From contig JBMYNR010000021.1 of assembly GCA_049598495.1 (NCBI GenBank), positions 1 through 27,685 of the forward strand: a stretch of 27,685 nucleotides of DNA, in the 5' to 3' direction. Both the position numbers and the translations under genes were made by a program. How positions within the stretch are numbered: the first letter of the stretch is position 1; each line of letters opens with the position of its first letter. Shown piece by piece: positions 1-9,327 of the stretch. Under the pieces are notes generated by a model. The model was not told the origin of the DNA and ran no database searches. It worked only from the letters and a program-made list of their open reading frames with translations. This DNA is from Opitutales bacterium (GTDB lineage: Bacteria > Verrucomicrobiota > Verrucomicrobiia > Opitutales > Coraliomargaritaceae).

Positions 1-7
1 CGACACA

Positions 8-145
8 CGGCACAAGGTAGCGAACTTGCGCCAGCAAGGTCGACGGACAAGCGCCTCCGTCTGTTTGAAACCCTTCAAACGTCGACGCGACTGGCGTCGC
101 ATCGCTACACCCGCACGACGAACGTCCGAAAGACTTGGCTTCTTT
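8..145. repeat. REPIN-like dispersed repeat, copy 1 (two inward-facing 26-nt GTAG-type REPs at 17-42 and 83-108); may extend past the window start
   Basis: Ungapped match to 3996-4133 with 19 mismatches in 138 nt (manual count). Both REPs fit GTAGCGA-N5-CGCCAG-N5'-TCG and fold as hairpins. Confidence 0.85.
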
Positions 146-203
146 AAAGAAGCATTTTCGTTTTGCACATTTCCAGGACACTCTTATACCACGGACGTCT
201 TAG

Positions 204-1436
204 ATGCCTTGGTATTTGTATCATGCCCTAAAGCAGTTGTTTCCTTCAGGGCGCTTCTTTTCCTTTTTTTCTCTTATGTCGATCATGGGGGTGATGCTGG
301 GCGTGTGCGTTTTGATCATCGTTCAGAGTGTCATGAACGGTTTTGGTGAGGGAATTCGCCAACGTCTGACCGAGACGCAGGGCGACATTCGTATTCGTTC
401 GAATGCAATCATATATGATTGGGAGGATGTGCTGGAGAGACTCGGCGAGGAGACTAAAGTGTCCGGTGCGGCTCCTTTCGCCGAGGGTGTGATTATGCTG
501 CAGCATCAGAATCGCCCGCAGTTTCCCTTTGTTCGGGGGTTGGATCCTTGGGTAGAGGAGGAAGTGGTGCCACTGGAGAAGTTTCTCACTCTCGGGAGTA
601 TGGAGGACTTTGATGATGAGGGCGTGTTTCTCGGCGAGGGACTTGCCTACGCTTTGAAGGCGATGCCGGGTTCCACGGTCGAGGTGTTCACCCCGCTCAT
701 GTTAGAGGCGCTGAAGAACGATGAGGTACTTCTGCCCCGAGAGTTCCGGGTGGTCGGTCTCTTTCGTACGGGCTCCCCGCAGGTGGATGGGAATACTATG
801 ATCACAACCCTCCGTGTTATGCAGGAGCTCTATGGCCTAGACGAAGGCGTGCATGGCATTGTGCTAAAACTGCGCCCTGGTGAGGATGCCTTTGAATACA
901 GCTTGAATCTCGAGCGTGCGGTCTTGCGTCCGGGGTTGGAAGCCGTCAGTTGGCTGGAGTCCAACGAGGAGTTTCTCTTTGTGATAGAGCAGGAGAAACG
1001 GGTCATTTCATTTATCATTATCTTCATTATATTGGTGGCTTCCTTTTCTATTGCGATTGCTCTGATGATGGCGGTGATACGGAAAACGCGTGAGATTGGC
1101 CTACTCGTGGCAATGGGCGGACGTCCTCACCAGGTGGCCTTCAGCTTCTGTTTTCAAGGCTTCGTCATTGGTTCTGTCGGCACGGTCATGGGGATACTTA
1201 TGGCGGTTGTCTGCTTGCATTATCGCCGCACAATTCTCTCGGCCTACGCGGATATAACTAACACGCAGACGAGTTTTCTGGGTCAGTATGATGTTTATGA
1301 GATTCCGGTTCATTATCTCGCCTCTGATTTTATCACGGTGACTTGCTTTGCGCTGATCATTTCCACGCTTGCGGGGCTATTGCCGGCCCTGCGTGCTGCT
1401 CGACTCAAACCCGCCGATGCCCTTCGAAGTGAATAA
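204..1436 (+). CDS. lolE: Lipoprotein-releasing ABC transporter permease (LolC/E/F, FtsX-like)
   Basis: N-terminal TM with 'SVMNGF', periplasmic domain, '[12 protein letters not shown]', C-terminal '[17 protein letters not shown]'; followed by a LolD-type ATPase. Confidence 0.88.
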   Translation: MPWYLYHALKQLFPSGRFFSFFSLMSIMGVMLGVCVLIIVQSVMNGFGEGIRQRLTETQGDIRIRSNAIIYDWEDVLERLGEETKVSGAAPFAEGVIMLQHQNRPQFPFVRGLDPWVEEEVVPLEKFLTLGSMEDFDDEGVFLGEGLAYALKAMPGSTVEVFTPLMLEALKNDEVLLPREFRVVGLFRTGSPQVDGNTMITTLRVMQELYGLDEGVHGIVLKLRPGEDAFEYSLNLERAVLRPGLEAVSWLESNEEFLFVIEQEKRVISFIIIFIILVASFSIAIALMMAVIRKTREIGLLVAMGGRPHQVAFSFCFQGFVIGSVGTVMGILMAVVCLHYRRTILSAYADITNTQTSFLGQYDVYEIPVHYLASDFITVTCFALIISTLAGLLPALRAARLKPADALRSE

Positions 1437-2127
1437 GGAAATAATCTTGCAGGCCAATTCCCTGAGGAAGGCTTTTCCTGGAGCCGATAAAGCGATCTCG
1501 GTGCTTGATGGTGTTGATTTCTCGCTGCGCCGCGGCGAGAGTGTGAGTATTCGAGGGGAATCGGGCAGTGGTAAATCAACTTTGCTTAATGTGCTTTCAG
1601 GCTTGGAACGTGCTGATTCGGGGCAGCTCTTCTGGCGGGATCAAGAGGTTACGAAATACTCACTCTCCAAACTTGCAGCTGCTCGTGCGGGCTTGATGGG
1701 CTTTGTCTTTCAGGCCTATTATCTCGCGCCGGAGCTGAACGCCCTCGAGAACGTGCTCCTGGGGGCGCGCATCGCCGGTCGGGTCAATCGCTCCGTTTGT
1801 GAGCGTGCCGAAGCATTGTTGGAACGTGTGGGGCTTAAGGAGCGCATTCGGCATAGTTCTACCAAGCTCTCTGGTGGAGAGCGCCAACGGGTGGCTGTCG
1901 CACGCGCACTGATCAATGACCCGCTGCTTGTTTTGGCGGATGAGCCAACGGGTAATCTTGATGAGGCGACCGGATTGGCGGTGATGGATCTTCTACTCGA
2001 TATTACAAATGAGTCGGAGAAGAGTCTCGTCCTAGTGACTCACAACCCGGAGTTTGCGGCGCGGACGGAGCGGCGGTTGACCCTGCACTTGGGGCAATTG
2101 GAATCAGGTGGCGGCGGTCATCCCTGA
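1429..2127 (+). CDS. lolD: Lipoprotein-releasing ABC transporter ATP-binding protein
   Basis: Walker [10 protein letters not shown], signature [15 protein letters not shown], Walker [18 protein letters not shown] start at 1429 overlapping the permease stop is preferred over the track's 1369. Confidence 0.88.
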   Translation: MNKEIILQANSLRKAFPGADKAISVLDGVDFSLRRGESVSIRGESGSGKSTLLNVLSGLERADSGQLFWRDQEVTKYSLSKLAAARAGLMGFVFQAYYLAPELNALENVLLGARIAGRVNRSVCERAEALLERVGLKERIRHSSTKLSGGERQRVAVARALINDPLLVLADEPTGNLDEATGLAVMDLLLDITNESEKSLVLVTHNPEFAARTERRLTLHLGQLESGGGGHP

Positions 2128-2150
2128 TCGCACAGCTACCTCATCTGGAA

Positions 2151-3200
2151 ATGAATGCTCAAAAACTACGGATCGGATTTATCGGAGCGGGGGCCAATAC
2201 CCGAAAGATGCATATTCCGGGCTTTCAGAAGATTGAGAATGTCGATTTGACTTTGGTCGCAAATCGAAGCCTCGAATCGGCAGAGTTGGTTGCGAAGAAG
2301 GACGGGGTCAAACGCGTCGCCAGGCATTGGCGGGAGGTCGTGGACGATCCTTCGATCGATGCTGTTTGTATTGGAACCTGGCCTTATCTTCATGCGGAGG
2401 CGACCATCGCTTCGTTAGAGAAGGGGAAGCATGTGCTTTGCGAAGCGCGCATGGCCATGGATCTGGAAGAGGCCGAGGCAATGTATACCGCTTCGCAGGC
2501 GCATCCCGAGCTCGTCGCTCAGATCGTGCCGGCACCGTTTTCATTGGATTTTGATGCCACGATCCGTGATATGATCCATAGCGGGGAGCTGGGTGACATT
2601 CTTGAAGTAAGAGTGGCGCATACCGGAGGTCAGTTTGCGAATCCCGATATTTCGATGACTTGGCGGCAAGACATTGATCTGAGCGGTAAGAATATCCTAA
2701 CCATGGGGATCATGCATGAGATGATCCAGCGTTGGGTTGAAGATGATCCAGCTTGGCTTTTGGCGGACGGGAAGGTCTTTCAGAAAATGCGCAGTTATCA
2801 CGATGGTCGGGAGCAGAAAGTGATTCAGATTCCCGACAGTTTGGATGTGCTCGGGCGTTTCTCCAAGTCGGGAGCCCGTATGATTTACCACTTCAGCGGT
2901 GTGGAGTCAGGTAAGCCTCGAATGGAATTCCGTATCAATGGGTCGCGAGGCGCTCTCCGTTTCGATGCGGCCCATACGTCACTGATGTTTGCTCCGGCAG
3001 GATCGACTGAAGAGAAGAAGATAACACTTTCCCGGTCTCAAAGTCGAGGTTGGCAGGTTGAAGCGGATTTCGTTCGATCGATTCGTGAACGCACACCAGT
3101 CAAACTGACCTCGTTTAAGCAGGGTGTCCGTTACATGAAATTTACAGAGATGGTGAGCCGGTCCCTCGAGCAGAATTCGGCACGCGTCGATTGGTGGTAG
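2151..3200 (+). CDS. Gfo/Idh/MocA family NAD(P)-dependent oxidoreductase
   Basis: Rossmann 'IGFIGAG', '[13 protein letters not shown]', '[11 protein letters not shown]' (variant of the EKP motif). Confidence 0.9.
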   Translation: MNAQKLRIGFIGAGANTRKMHIPGFQKIENVDLTLVANRSLESAELVAKKDGVKRVARHWREVVDDPSIDAVCIGTWPYLHAEATIASLEKGKHVLCEARMAMDLEEAEAMYTASQAHPELVAQIVPAPFSLDFDATIRDMIHSGELGDILEVRVAHTGGQFANPDISMTWRQDIDLSGKNILTMGIMHEMIQRWVEDDPAWLLADGKVFQKMRSYHDGREQKVIQIPDSLDVLGRFSKSGARMIYHFSGVESGKPRMEFRINGSRGALRFDAAHTSLMFAPAGSTEEKKITLSRSQSRGWQVEADFVRSIRERTPVKLTSFKQGVRYMKFTEMVSRSLEQNSARVDWW

Positions 3201-3312
3201 AGCCCTGACCGGGAACGGAAATTATCAGCTGTCATCAGAGAAGCTGGATGCCGATTCGGCACTTCAATCATGTAGGGTTTCCGAGAATGAATTCTTGCAC
3301 ATAAGCTTATCA

Positions 3313-3332
3313 GTCTCAATAGTGTCTCAATA
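3313..3332 (+). promoter_or_regulatory. Tandem GTCTCAATA direct repeat just upstream of the Fur-family gene; candidate operator
   Basis: GTCTCAATA at 3313-3321 and 3324-3332 (11-bp period), ending 4 nt before the ATG; a TTGCAC -35-like hexamer lies at 3295-3300. Confidence 0.4.
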
Positions 3333-3336
3333 AGTT

Positions 3337-3825
3337 ATGAGTGCCGAGACGGAAGAGACCACAGACATCCGAGAGACCTTTAAGGATTTCCTTACGAGCA
3401 AGGGGCTACGCGTGACGAATCAACGCTTGGCGATTTTCGATGCCGCCTACGAGCACCCCGACCACTTTACGGCAGAGGATCTTCTGGAGCGTGCACGTGA
3501 GATCGATGATTCCGTATCAAGGGCGACGGTATACCGTGCCCTGCCCATTCTAACGGAGAGCGGTTTGATCCGCGAGGTTGATGTTGGGCGGGACTACAAA
3601 TTTTATATGGCGAATAAGAACGCCACCACTTTTCAGGCGCAGGTTATTTGCCAGGACTGTGACAAAATCTTCGAAATCGATGCCCCCTTCATGGAGTGGT
3701 ATGGTAAAACAGTGGCCGATAAACTTGCACTGATCGTGGAGAGCCAGCGGTTGCAGGTCACGGCGCGCTGTGAAGAATTGAAAGCATCCGGCATCTGTAA
3801 ACGCAGTGGGAAGAAGGCCTCGTAG
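3337..3825 (+). CDS. Fur-family transcriptional regulator with atypical metal site
   Basis: '[12 protein letters not shown]', 'HFTAEDL', 'SRATVYRAL' winged helix, '[10 protein letters not shown]' CxxC. Confidence 0.9.
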   Translation: MSAETEETTDIRETFKDFLTSKGLRVTNQRLAIFDAAYEHPDHFTAEDLLERAREIDDSVSRATVYRALPILTESGLIREVDVGRDYKFYMANKNATTFQAQVICQDCDKIFEIDAPFMEWYGKTVADKLALIVESQRLQVTARCEELKASGICKRSGKKAS

Positions 3826-3835
3826 CGCTCCATTT

Positions 3836-3856
3836 ATACCGCCTTTATAGCGGTAT
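3836..3856 (+). terminator. Hairpin after the fur-like gene, possible terminator
   Basis: ATACCGC-CTTTATA-GCGGTAT 7-bp stem; weak U-tract. Confidence 0.35.
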
Positions 3857-3897
3857 TATACCATCTGCCCTAAAGCCTGAGCTGGTTACAAAGACAG

Positions 3898-3932
3898 GGA
3901 CGGCGTCCCTCCAATCCCTAGGATGCGTGGAG
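3898..3932. repeat. 35-bp direct repeat, copy A (partial GGAG-type REP plus short palindrome)
   Basis: GGACGGCGTCCCTCCAATCCCTAGGATGCGTGGAG; one mismatch to 4274-4308. Confidence 0.85.
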
Positions 3933-3995
3933 CTGTGTTTGAGTTCGGCCTTTAGGCCGTCTGATTCCATTTAGAAAGCTTTCAATCGCTATATG

Positions 3996-4133
3996 CGGCA
4001 CGACGTAGTGAACCTGCGCCAGCAAGGTCGAAGGGCGAGCGCCTCCGCTTGTTCGGAGCCCTTCATACGTCGACGCGACTGGCGTCGCATCGCTCCAACC
4101 GCCCGACGAACGGCTGAAAGACCTGGCTTCTTT
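3996..4133. repeat. REPIN-like dispersed repeat, copy 2 (REPs at 4005-4030 and 4071-4096)
   Basis: Same orientation as 8-145, constant offset of 3988 nt, about 86% identity. Confidence 0.85.
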
Positions 4134-4264
4134 GATACGAGCATTTTTTCACCGCTCAATTTTCGCTAAAAATGGAGAGAGCAGGACCCAGAATCTAGAT
4201 TTTAGTGTTCCTTTAGTGTGCTTGAGCGGTCAAAAAAAGCATCCGAGTGGTTCGGCTGTTTGGC

Positions 4265-4308
4265 GGACACCGAGGACGGCGTCCCTCCAATCCTTAGGAT
4301 GCGTGGAG
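4265..4308. repeat. 35-bp direct repeat, copy B (4274-4308), including a complete GGAG-type REP hairpin (4265-4289)
   Basis: Minus strand reads TGGAG-GGACGCCG-TCCT-CGGTGTCC, a tetranucleotide-plus-hairpin REP layout. Confidence 0.8.
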
Positions 4309-4480
4309 TCATTATCCAACTTAAGCTGGATCTGGATGCTACAGCCGAGCGCTTACGCGTCGTATCGGTGGTGTCGCCGATGAGGCCCCCGCGTAGCTTT
4401 TGCGAAGCCGGAAGCCGTCCAAGATACTTGCGAGACGTGGCGGACGCATCAGGGAATGTTACCCGCCCAGTGGAGCAGAC

Positions 4481-4957
4481 CTATTCGAGGTGGTAGGACT
4501 CTTCGCCATTTGGTTCGAAGCGGACGCCGATCATGTTATAATCGGCTAAGCTACCACGCTCTAACTCCATGTCCTTGGGCGGTTGGATCATGCGCCCCTC
4601 GATGATGATGGGTATTTCCCGTGCCTGGTAGCCGGGTGCAGTCAGTCGGGCGATGTATTCCCCGCCTTCGATGCCCTGTAGTGGCATGAGGTTGCGGCCG
4701 ATTTGAAGGTTTTCATGGGTGTAGACGATGTCTCCCTGAGGTGAGACAATCTCGATGCGTGCGCCTGGCCCCGTCTTTCCGAATTGATTAAACGCGAGGC
4801 TCCTCTCGTCAGTATAGCGCACCCCGATGTGCACGACGCCGGGGGATTTCTCCGTGGCCTGTGGACCGAGCACGATGAAAAGTGTGCCGACAATGCCGGT
4901 CAGCACAAGGAGCAGCGCGACGACGAGGCCACCTTTTAATTCGAGCGTTCTTACCAT
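4481..4957 (-). CDS. Hypothetical membrane-anchored protein with a probable beta-sandwich (carboxypeptidase-regulatory-like) domain
   Basis: N-terminal TM helix, then 'PGARIEIV...GGEYIARLTAPGYQ'. Confidence 0.7.
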   Translation of the reverse strand: MVRTLELKGGLVVALLLVLTGIVGTLFIVLGPQATEKSPGVVHIGVRYTDERSLAFNQFGKTGPGARIEIVSPQGDIVYTHENLQIGRNLMPLQGIEGGEYIARLTAPGYQAREIPIIIEGRMIQPPKDMELERGSLADYNMIGVRFEPNGEESYHLE

Positions 4958-5035
4958 ATTCCTACTAAACCATCTACTCTATACACGTTTTCGTGCTTGT
5001 TTCGAGAGGGCAAGGTGTTTTCATCGCGCGTTCTT

Positions 5036-6829
5036 ATGAAGCGCACCCATCATTGCTCACAACTCCGTATGTCCGATGCCGGCTCCACTGTTACACTCAG
5101 CGGTTGGGTTGACTCTGTTCGCGACCACGGAGGGATTCTTTTCGTCGACCTGCGCGATCGCGAGGGTTTGACTCAGATCGTTCTCGACCCTGCCAACAAA
5201 GAACTGGAGGTGCCGTTCGGTTCAATTAAGCCGGAGTCGGTGATTGAGGTCAGTGGTGCCGTCGAGAAGCGCATCGCGGATGCAGTCAATCCGAACCTCG
5301 AGACGGGAGAAGTTGAAGTGCATGCTGCTTCGCTGAAAATTCACAATGTCTCCAAGACACCGCCGTTCCCGATGGATGATTCCGCGGATAAGACGAGCGA
5401 GGATCTGCGCATGACTTACCGCTACCTCGATCTGCGTCGGAGCTCGAATCTGAATCTTCTGCGCCTTCGTCATAAGACCAGCCAGGCTATTCGGAACTAC
5501 ATGGACGAGCAGGCCTTTATTGAGGTTGAAACCCCTATGCTTTTCAAGAGCACGCCCGAGGGTGCGCGAGAGTTTCTCGTGCCTAGCCGAATGAATCCGG
5601 GAGCCTTCTACGCGCTGCCGCAGTCGCCACAGCAATATAAGCAAATGCTCATGGTGGCCGGTGTGGAACGCTATTACCAACTCGCTCGTTGTTTCCGTGA
5701 TGAGGATCTACGTGCCGATCGTCAGCCCGAGTTTACCCAGCTCGATATCGAGTTATCCTTTATCGATCGTGAGGATATGTATGCTTTGATCGAAGGCCTC
5801 ATGAAGCGCGTTTGGAAGGACACACTGGGTGTGGATATGGAGACCCCCTTCCTCCGCATGAGCTACTTTGAAGCGATGAACCGTTTTGGCGTCGACAAGC
5901 CGGATATGCGTTTCGGGCTCGAGTTGAAGGATTGCGGAGAGATCTTCGCGAGCTCCGAGTTTAAAGTTTTCAAAGGCACGCTCGATGCCGGTGGTTCGAT
6001 TAAGGCGTTTAATGCAAAAGGACTGGCCGACCTCACTCAAGGGGAGCTGCGCGGACTTGAGGATGCCGCCAAGTCGCTTGGTGCGAAGGGTCTGGCCTTT
6101 ATCAAGTCGGAAGGCGGCGAATGGAAGTCGCCGATCCTGAAGTTTTTCTCCGAGGAGGAAAAAGCGGCGATCAAGGAACAGCTGCAGGTCGAAGATGGTG
6201 ACATCGTTTTCTTTGCAGCGACAGAGTGGGAGCGTGCCTGCACGATCCTCGGCCGTGTTCGTCTGGATGCTGCTCAGCTGCTCGTTCAGCGCGGCAAACT
6301 GACAATCGATCCGGATGACTACAAGTTCCTTTGGGTCATCGAGTTTCCGCTCATGCTCTTCGACGAGGAGCAGGGCCGTTATGTTTCCTCGCACCACCCA
6401 TTCACGGCGCCGGTTGAAGAAGATATTCCTCTACTCGACAGCGACCCGAAGAAAGTGCGTGGCCAGCACTACGATCTTGTGCTCAACGGCGTCGAACTGG
6501 GTGGCGGCTCCATCCGTATTCACCAACCCGACGTGCAGAAGAAGGTGTTTGAAGATGTGCTCAAGATTGAGCCGGATGTGGTTGAGAGTCGTTTCGGCTA
6601 TATGCTGAAGGCCTTCGAATATGGTGCGCCGCCGCACGGTGGTATCGCCTTCGGTCTGGATCGGATGGTCACGATCCTCGGGCATCGCAGCAGTATCCGC
6701 GACGTGATCGCCTTTCCAAAGAACCAAAAGGGCCAGGAAATGATGACTGCGAGCCCGGGCATCGCGACCGAGAAGCAACTCCGGGACCTCCACATCAAAG
6801 CCGTGGTTCCGAAGAAGGAAGAAAGCTAG
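5036..6829 (+). CDS. aspS: Aspartate--tRNA ligase, probably non-discriminating (Asp/Asn)
   Basis: 'MKRTHHC', 'RDHGG' (His typical of ND-AspRS), 'ALPQSPQQYKQ', 'CFRDEDLRADRQPEFTQLD', 'PPHGGIAFGLDR'; ATG at 5036. Confidence 0.97.
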   Translation: MKRTHHCSQLRMSDAGSTVTLSGWVDSVRDHGGILFVDLRDREGLTQIVLDPANKELEVPFGSIKPESVIEVSGAVEKRIADAVNPNLETGEVEVHAASLKIHNVSKTPPFPMDDSADKTSEDLRMTYRYLDLRRSSNLNLLRLRHKTSQAIRNYMDEQAFIEVETPMLFKSTPEGAREFLVPSRMNPGAFYALPQSPQQYKQMLMVAGVERYYQLARCFRDEDLRADRQPEFTQLDIELSFIDREDMYALIEGLMKRVWKDTLGVDMETPFLRMSYFEAMNRFGVDKPDMRFGLELKDCGEIFASSEFKVFKGTLDAGGSIKAFNAKGLADLTQGELRGLEDAAKSLGAKGLAFIKSEGGEWKSPILKFFSEEEKAAIKEQLQVEDGDIVFFAATEWERACTILGRVRLDAAQLLVQRGKLTIDPDDYKFLWVIEFPLMLFDEEQGRYVSSHHPFTAPVEEDIPLLDSDPKKVRGQHYDLVLNGVELGGGSIRIHQPDVQKKVFEDVLKIEPDVVESRFGYMLKAFEYGAPPHGGIAFGLDRMVTILGHRSSIRDVIAFPKNQKGQEMMTASPGIATEKQLRDLHIKAVVPKKEES

Positions 6830-6846
6830 AGTCGTTCGGTTCCTTG

Positions 6847-6903
6847 AATCAGGAAAGCAGGAAACCAGGAAACATTCATTCCCGTATTCCTGCTTTCTTC
6901 ATT
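6847..6903. repeat. Inverted pair of 8-mer tandem arrays forming a long imperfect hairpin
   Basis: CAGGAAAG-CAGGAAAC-CAGGAAAC followed by TTCCCGTA-TTCCTGCT-TTCTTCAT. Confidence 0.75.
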
Positions 6904-6970
6904 TTACGCAATCGGTGAGGTGACTGCGTGGTTGCATGGAACCATAGTCACTGTCATGGTTTTATGTCGT

Positions 6971-8833
6971 ATGTCCTACAGGCGCTTACTTGCTTCATTC
7001 CTTCTTATTTCCGTATCCGGGGCTCTCTGGGCGCAGATGGCGCCCAATGCGCCGGTAAAGGATTTTCGCTTCCCGCGCTTCGGAGATGAGGGGTTCACTC
7101 AGTGGGTGCTGCGCGGGGAGCAGGGGATTTTTGACAAAGACGAGCAGATCCGTGTTCAAGGCATGGCACTGCGAGTCTATTCCGGAGATGAGCGGATGGC
7201 TTTGGAACTGAGCATGGACAGTCCGCACGCGACGCTGCGATTAAAGGAGAACCGCGCCTACTCTGAGAGCCCAATTGAGATTATCGGAGCTAATTTTAAG
7301 ATATCCGGCACGGGTTGGGTGTGGTCCGGAGAAACGAAGGAGATCGTGGTAAAAAAGGATACGGTTGTGCAATTTAATCAGGGGATTGCGGGTGCCTTTA
7401 TCAACGCGGATGAGCTGGAGTCGGACTTTAGTCAGACAGAGATACGCAGTGAGCACTTGCTGCTAAGAACGACGGAAGACGAGTATCACTTCGAATTTAT
7501 GGGCGACATTCGAGCGGTCTCTGAGCAGATGCATTTGAGTAGCGAGCAATTGTTCGCCTTACTTGATGTGCCCGAGGGGCGCAAGGAGGGTGTTAATACC
7601 ACTGCGCCGAGCGAGTTGGAGTCGATCCGTAAGATTGTCGCTAAGGAGGAGGTTGTGATCGTTCAAGCGGGTAAGACGGTGCGCGCAGACCACGCGGAGT
7701 TTTACCCGCGTGAGAAAGCAGCCAACCTGGATGGCTCGGCCATTATTGAAACCGCGGGCGCCTATGTTAGCGGAGAAACCATCCGTAGTCGAGCGGGTGA
7801 GATTGTCATCGCCGGAACTGAGGCGGCAGGCCGTGCGCAGATGATTCTAACAGAAACAGGAGGCCTCGGGATTCAAGGCGTTTCGGCGCTCTCCTCGGAG
7901 ACGATCGTCCTTGCAGATACGATCACCATGCGTGAAACGGCGTTGGAAAACCATTTTCACTTCCATGGCTCGGTCGAGGTCATGTCGGGCGAGGTGCAGA
8001 TGCAGTCTCAGGAGATGACGACTGTGGCCCGGCGCTCGGATGTCGCCGAGGAAACGTCCGTCGAGAGCTCGGATATCCAGGTGGGGGAGGTTAAATATAT
8101 GGTGGCGACGGGAGGCGTTCGGATCGAACAGAACGGACAAATCGCCACGGGCGAAAAGGTGACCTTTTATCCGGCCGAGGAGAAGGCCGTCTTAATCGGG
8201 GATCCGAAGGTGACAAATGGCCAGGCCGTGGCCACGGGGCAGACCATGGAATTGAAGCCAAAACTGGCCATTATACGTGGAGATGTCTCGCAGTCGGTCA
8301 TCGTCCGTTTGCCTGAGATGCCGGATCTTGGTTATGAGGCCTATACGCCGACCGCTGCCACGGAACCTCGACCCAAAAGTGATGTGAAGCCTGAGGCGAC
8401 TGTGGTCACCAGCCGGGTATTGCATATGGTTGAAAAGCCGGCGGAGACAGTTTTCCGCTTTAGTGAGGAGGTTGAAGTGACGGGGACGAATCTAGCGGCG
8501 ACCTGTGAGCGTTTGGATGTGATTGCCCGGGAGGCCGCCAATGAGAATTCGGGCGTCGAGATGCCGCTCGAACTCCAGCAAATCGAGGCCCTCGATACGG
8601 TCGTGATTGAGCAGTCCGGTCGTATCGCGACAGCAGATCGTGCATTGATTACGCCACGGGAGGGGAAGGTCGTGTTGGAAGGCCGCGCTGTGGTCAAAGA
8701 TGAGCAGGGGCGTGTGGCCGGGCATCGAGTCACTTTATATCAAGGGCAGCGGCGTGCGGTCGTCGAAGGTGGCGGGACGGAGGGCGAGCGCGCCCGGGTG
8801 ACGCTTCCCGCTTTGCTGCCGAGCAGTGAGTAG
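6971..8833 (+). CDS. Periplasmic LPS-transport bridge protein: LptC-like N-domain plus three LptA/OstA-like repeats
   Basis: Signal peptide (MSYRRLL...ALWA); three repeats of F-x-G/E-x-V/I...A-xxx-V-x-I-x-Q-x-G...P-x-E...L-x-G; beta-strand-rich. Confidence 0.75.
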   Translation: MSYRRLLASFLLISVSGALWAQMAPNAPVKDFRFPRFGDEGFTQWVLRGEQGIFDKDEQIRVQGMALRVYSGDERMALELSMDSPHATLRLKENRAYSESPIEIIGANFKISGTGWVWSGETKEIVVKKDTVVQFNQGIAGAFINADELESDFSQTEIRSEHLLLRTTEDEYHFEFMGDIRAVSEQMHLSSEQLFALLDVPEGRKEGVNTTAPSELESIRKIVAKEEVVIVQAGKTVRADHAEFYPREKAANLDGSAIIETAGAYVSGETIRSRAGEIVIAGTEAAGRAQMILTETGGLGIQGVSALSSETIVLADTITMRETALENHFHFHGSVEVMSGEVQMQSQEMTTVARRSDVAEETSVESSDIQVGEVKYMVATGGVRIEQNGQIATGEKVTFYPAEEKAVLIGDPKVTNGQAVATGQTMELKPKLAIIRGDVSQSVIVRLPEMPDLGYEAYTPTAATEPRPKSDVKPEATVVTSRVLHMVEKPAETVFRFSEEVEVTGTNLAATCERLDVIAREAANENSGVEMPLELQQIEALDTVVIEQSGRIATADRALITPREGKVVLEGRAVVKDEQGRVAGHRVTLYQGQRRAVVEGGGTEGERARVTLPALLPSSE

Positions 8834-8850
8834 GGAAGTGGGAAGTAGGG

Positions 8851-9189
8851 CTAGAGCCGTCCGTCTTTTGGGGGCGCCCTGAGTTTGTTGGCGTCGACCA
8901 CATCCGGGGCGCGTTTATCTTTGCCTGCGGTCTTATGATATCGCCCGGTGAGTTTATCTTTTTCGTAGCGGGTGAACCCGTGTTTTTCGACGTTTTCGTC
9001 CGTCAGTTTGGATTTGGTGTCTCCTTCGGTGTATTTGCTGGAAACATTGGGCGCCCGAAAGACCTTCCGAACAGGGTGTCCGCTGTTCGGGTGGGTTTTG
9101 AGGGGCTCATCTGCCATCCGCTGGATGTATTCGAAAACCTCGCCTTCGGAGCCGTCGGGCAAAATTTCTTGATAAACGTAGGTGGGCAT
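8851..9189 (-). CDS. FmdB-family zinc-ribbon-like protein lacking cysteines
   Basis: 'MPTYVY...FEYIQRMADEPLKTHP..G..VRKVF' follows the FmdB pattern MPxYxY...FE..Q...D.PL..CP.CG. Confidence 0.75.
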   Translation of the reverse strand: MPTYVYQEILPDGSEGEVFEYIQRMADEPLKTHPNSGHPVRKVFRAPNVSSKYTEGDTKSKLTDENVEKHGFTRYEKDKLTGRYHKTAGKDKRAPDVVDANKLRAPPKDGRL

Positions 9190-9299
9190 GCGTAAGGAGT
9201 CGTTTCAAAGGAAGATTGTTTTGTTCAGGCTAAAACCAGAGGCAAGCTACGAATTCATTGATCGCCCTGCTTCCCACTTCGATAAACTCAAATTGTAGC

Positions 9300-9327
9300 T
9301 TGCATGGGAAGGGGGGCGAACTAAGTT
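9300..9327 (+). promoter_or_regulatory. Possible sigma70-type promoter of the nuo operon
   Basis: TTGCAT (9300-9305), 16 nt, TAAGTT (9322-9327). Confidence 0.25.

Noticed and set aside
26..349. 107-aa ORF at the window start
   Set aside because: It reads through the REPIN and overlaps lolE out of frame.
204..2127. Single permease plus ATPase as a novel ABC system
   Set aside because: Consistent with a known LolF/LolE-LolD arrangement; a second permease could lie elsewhere in the genome.
3898..4308. CRISPR array suggested by the 35-bp direct repeat
   Set aside because: Only two copies, 376 nt apart, no regular spacers and no cas genes; the repeat is REP-like.
4132..4496. ORFs 4132-4383 and 4218-4496
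   Set aside because: They run through REP-like repeats, use weak starts and show no recognisable protein features.
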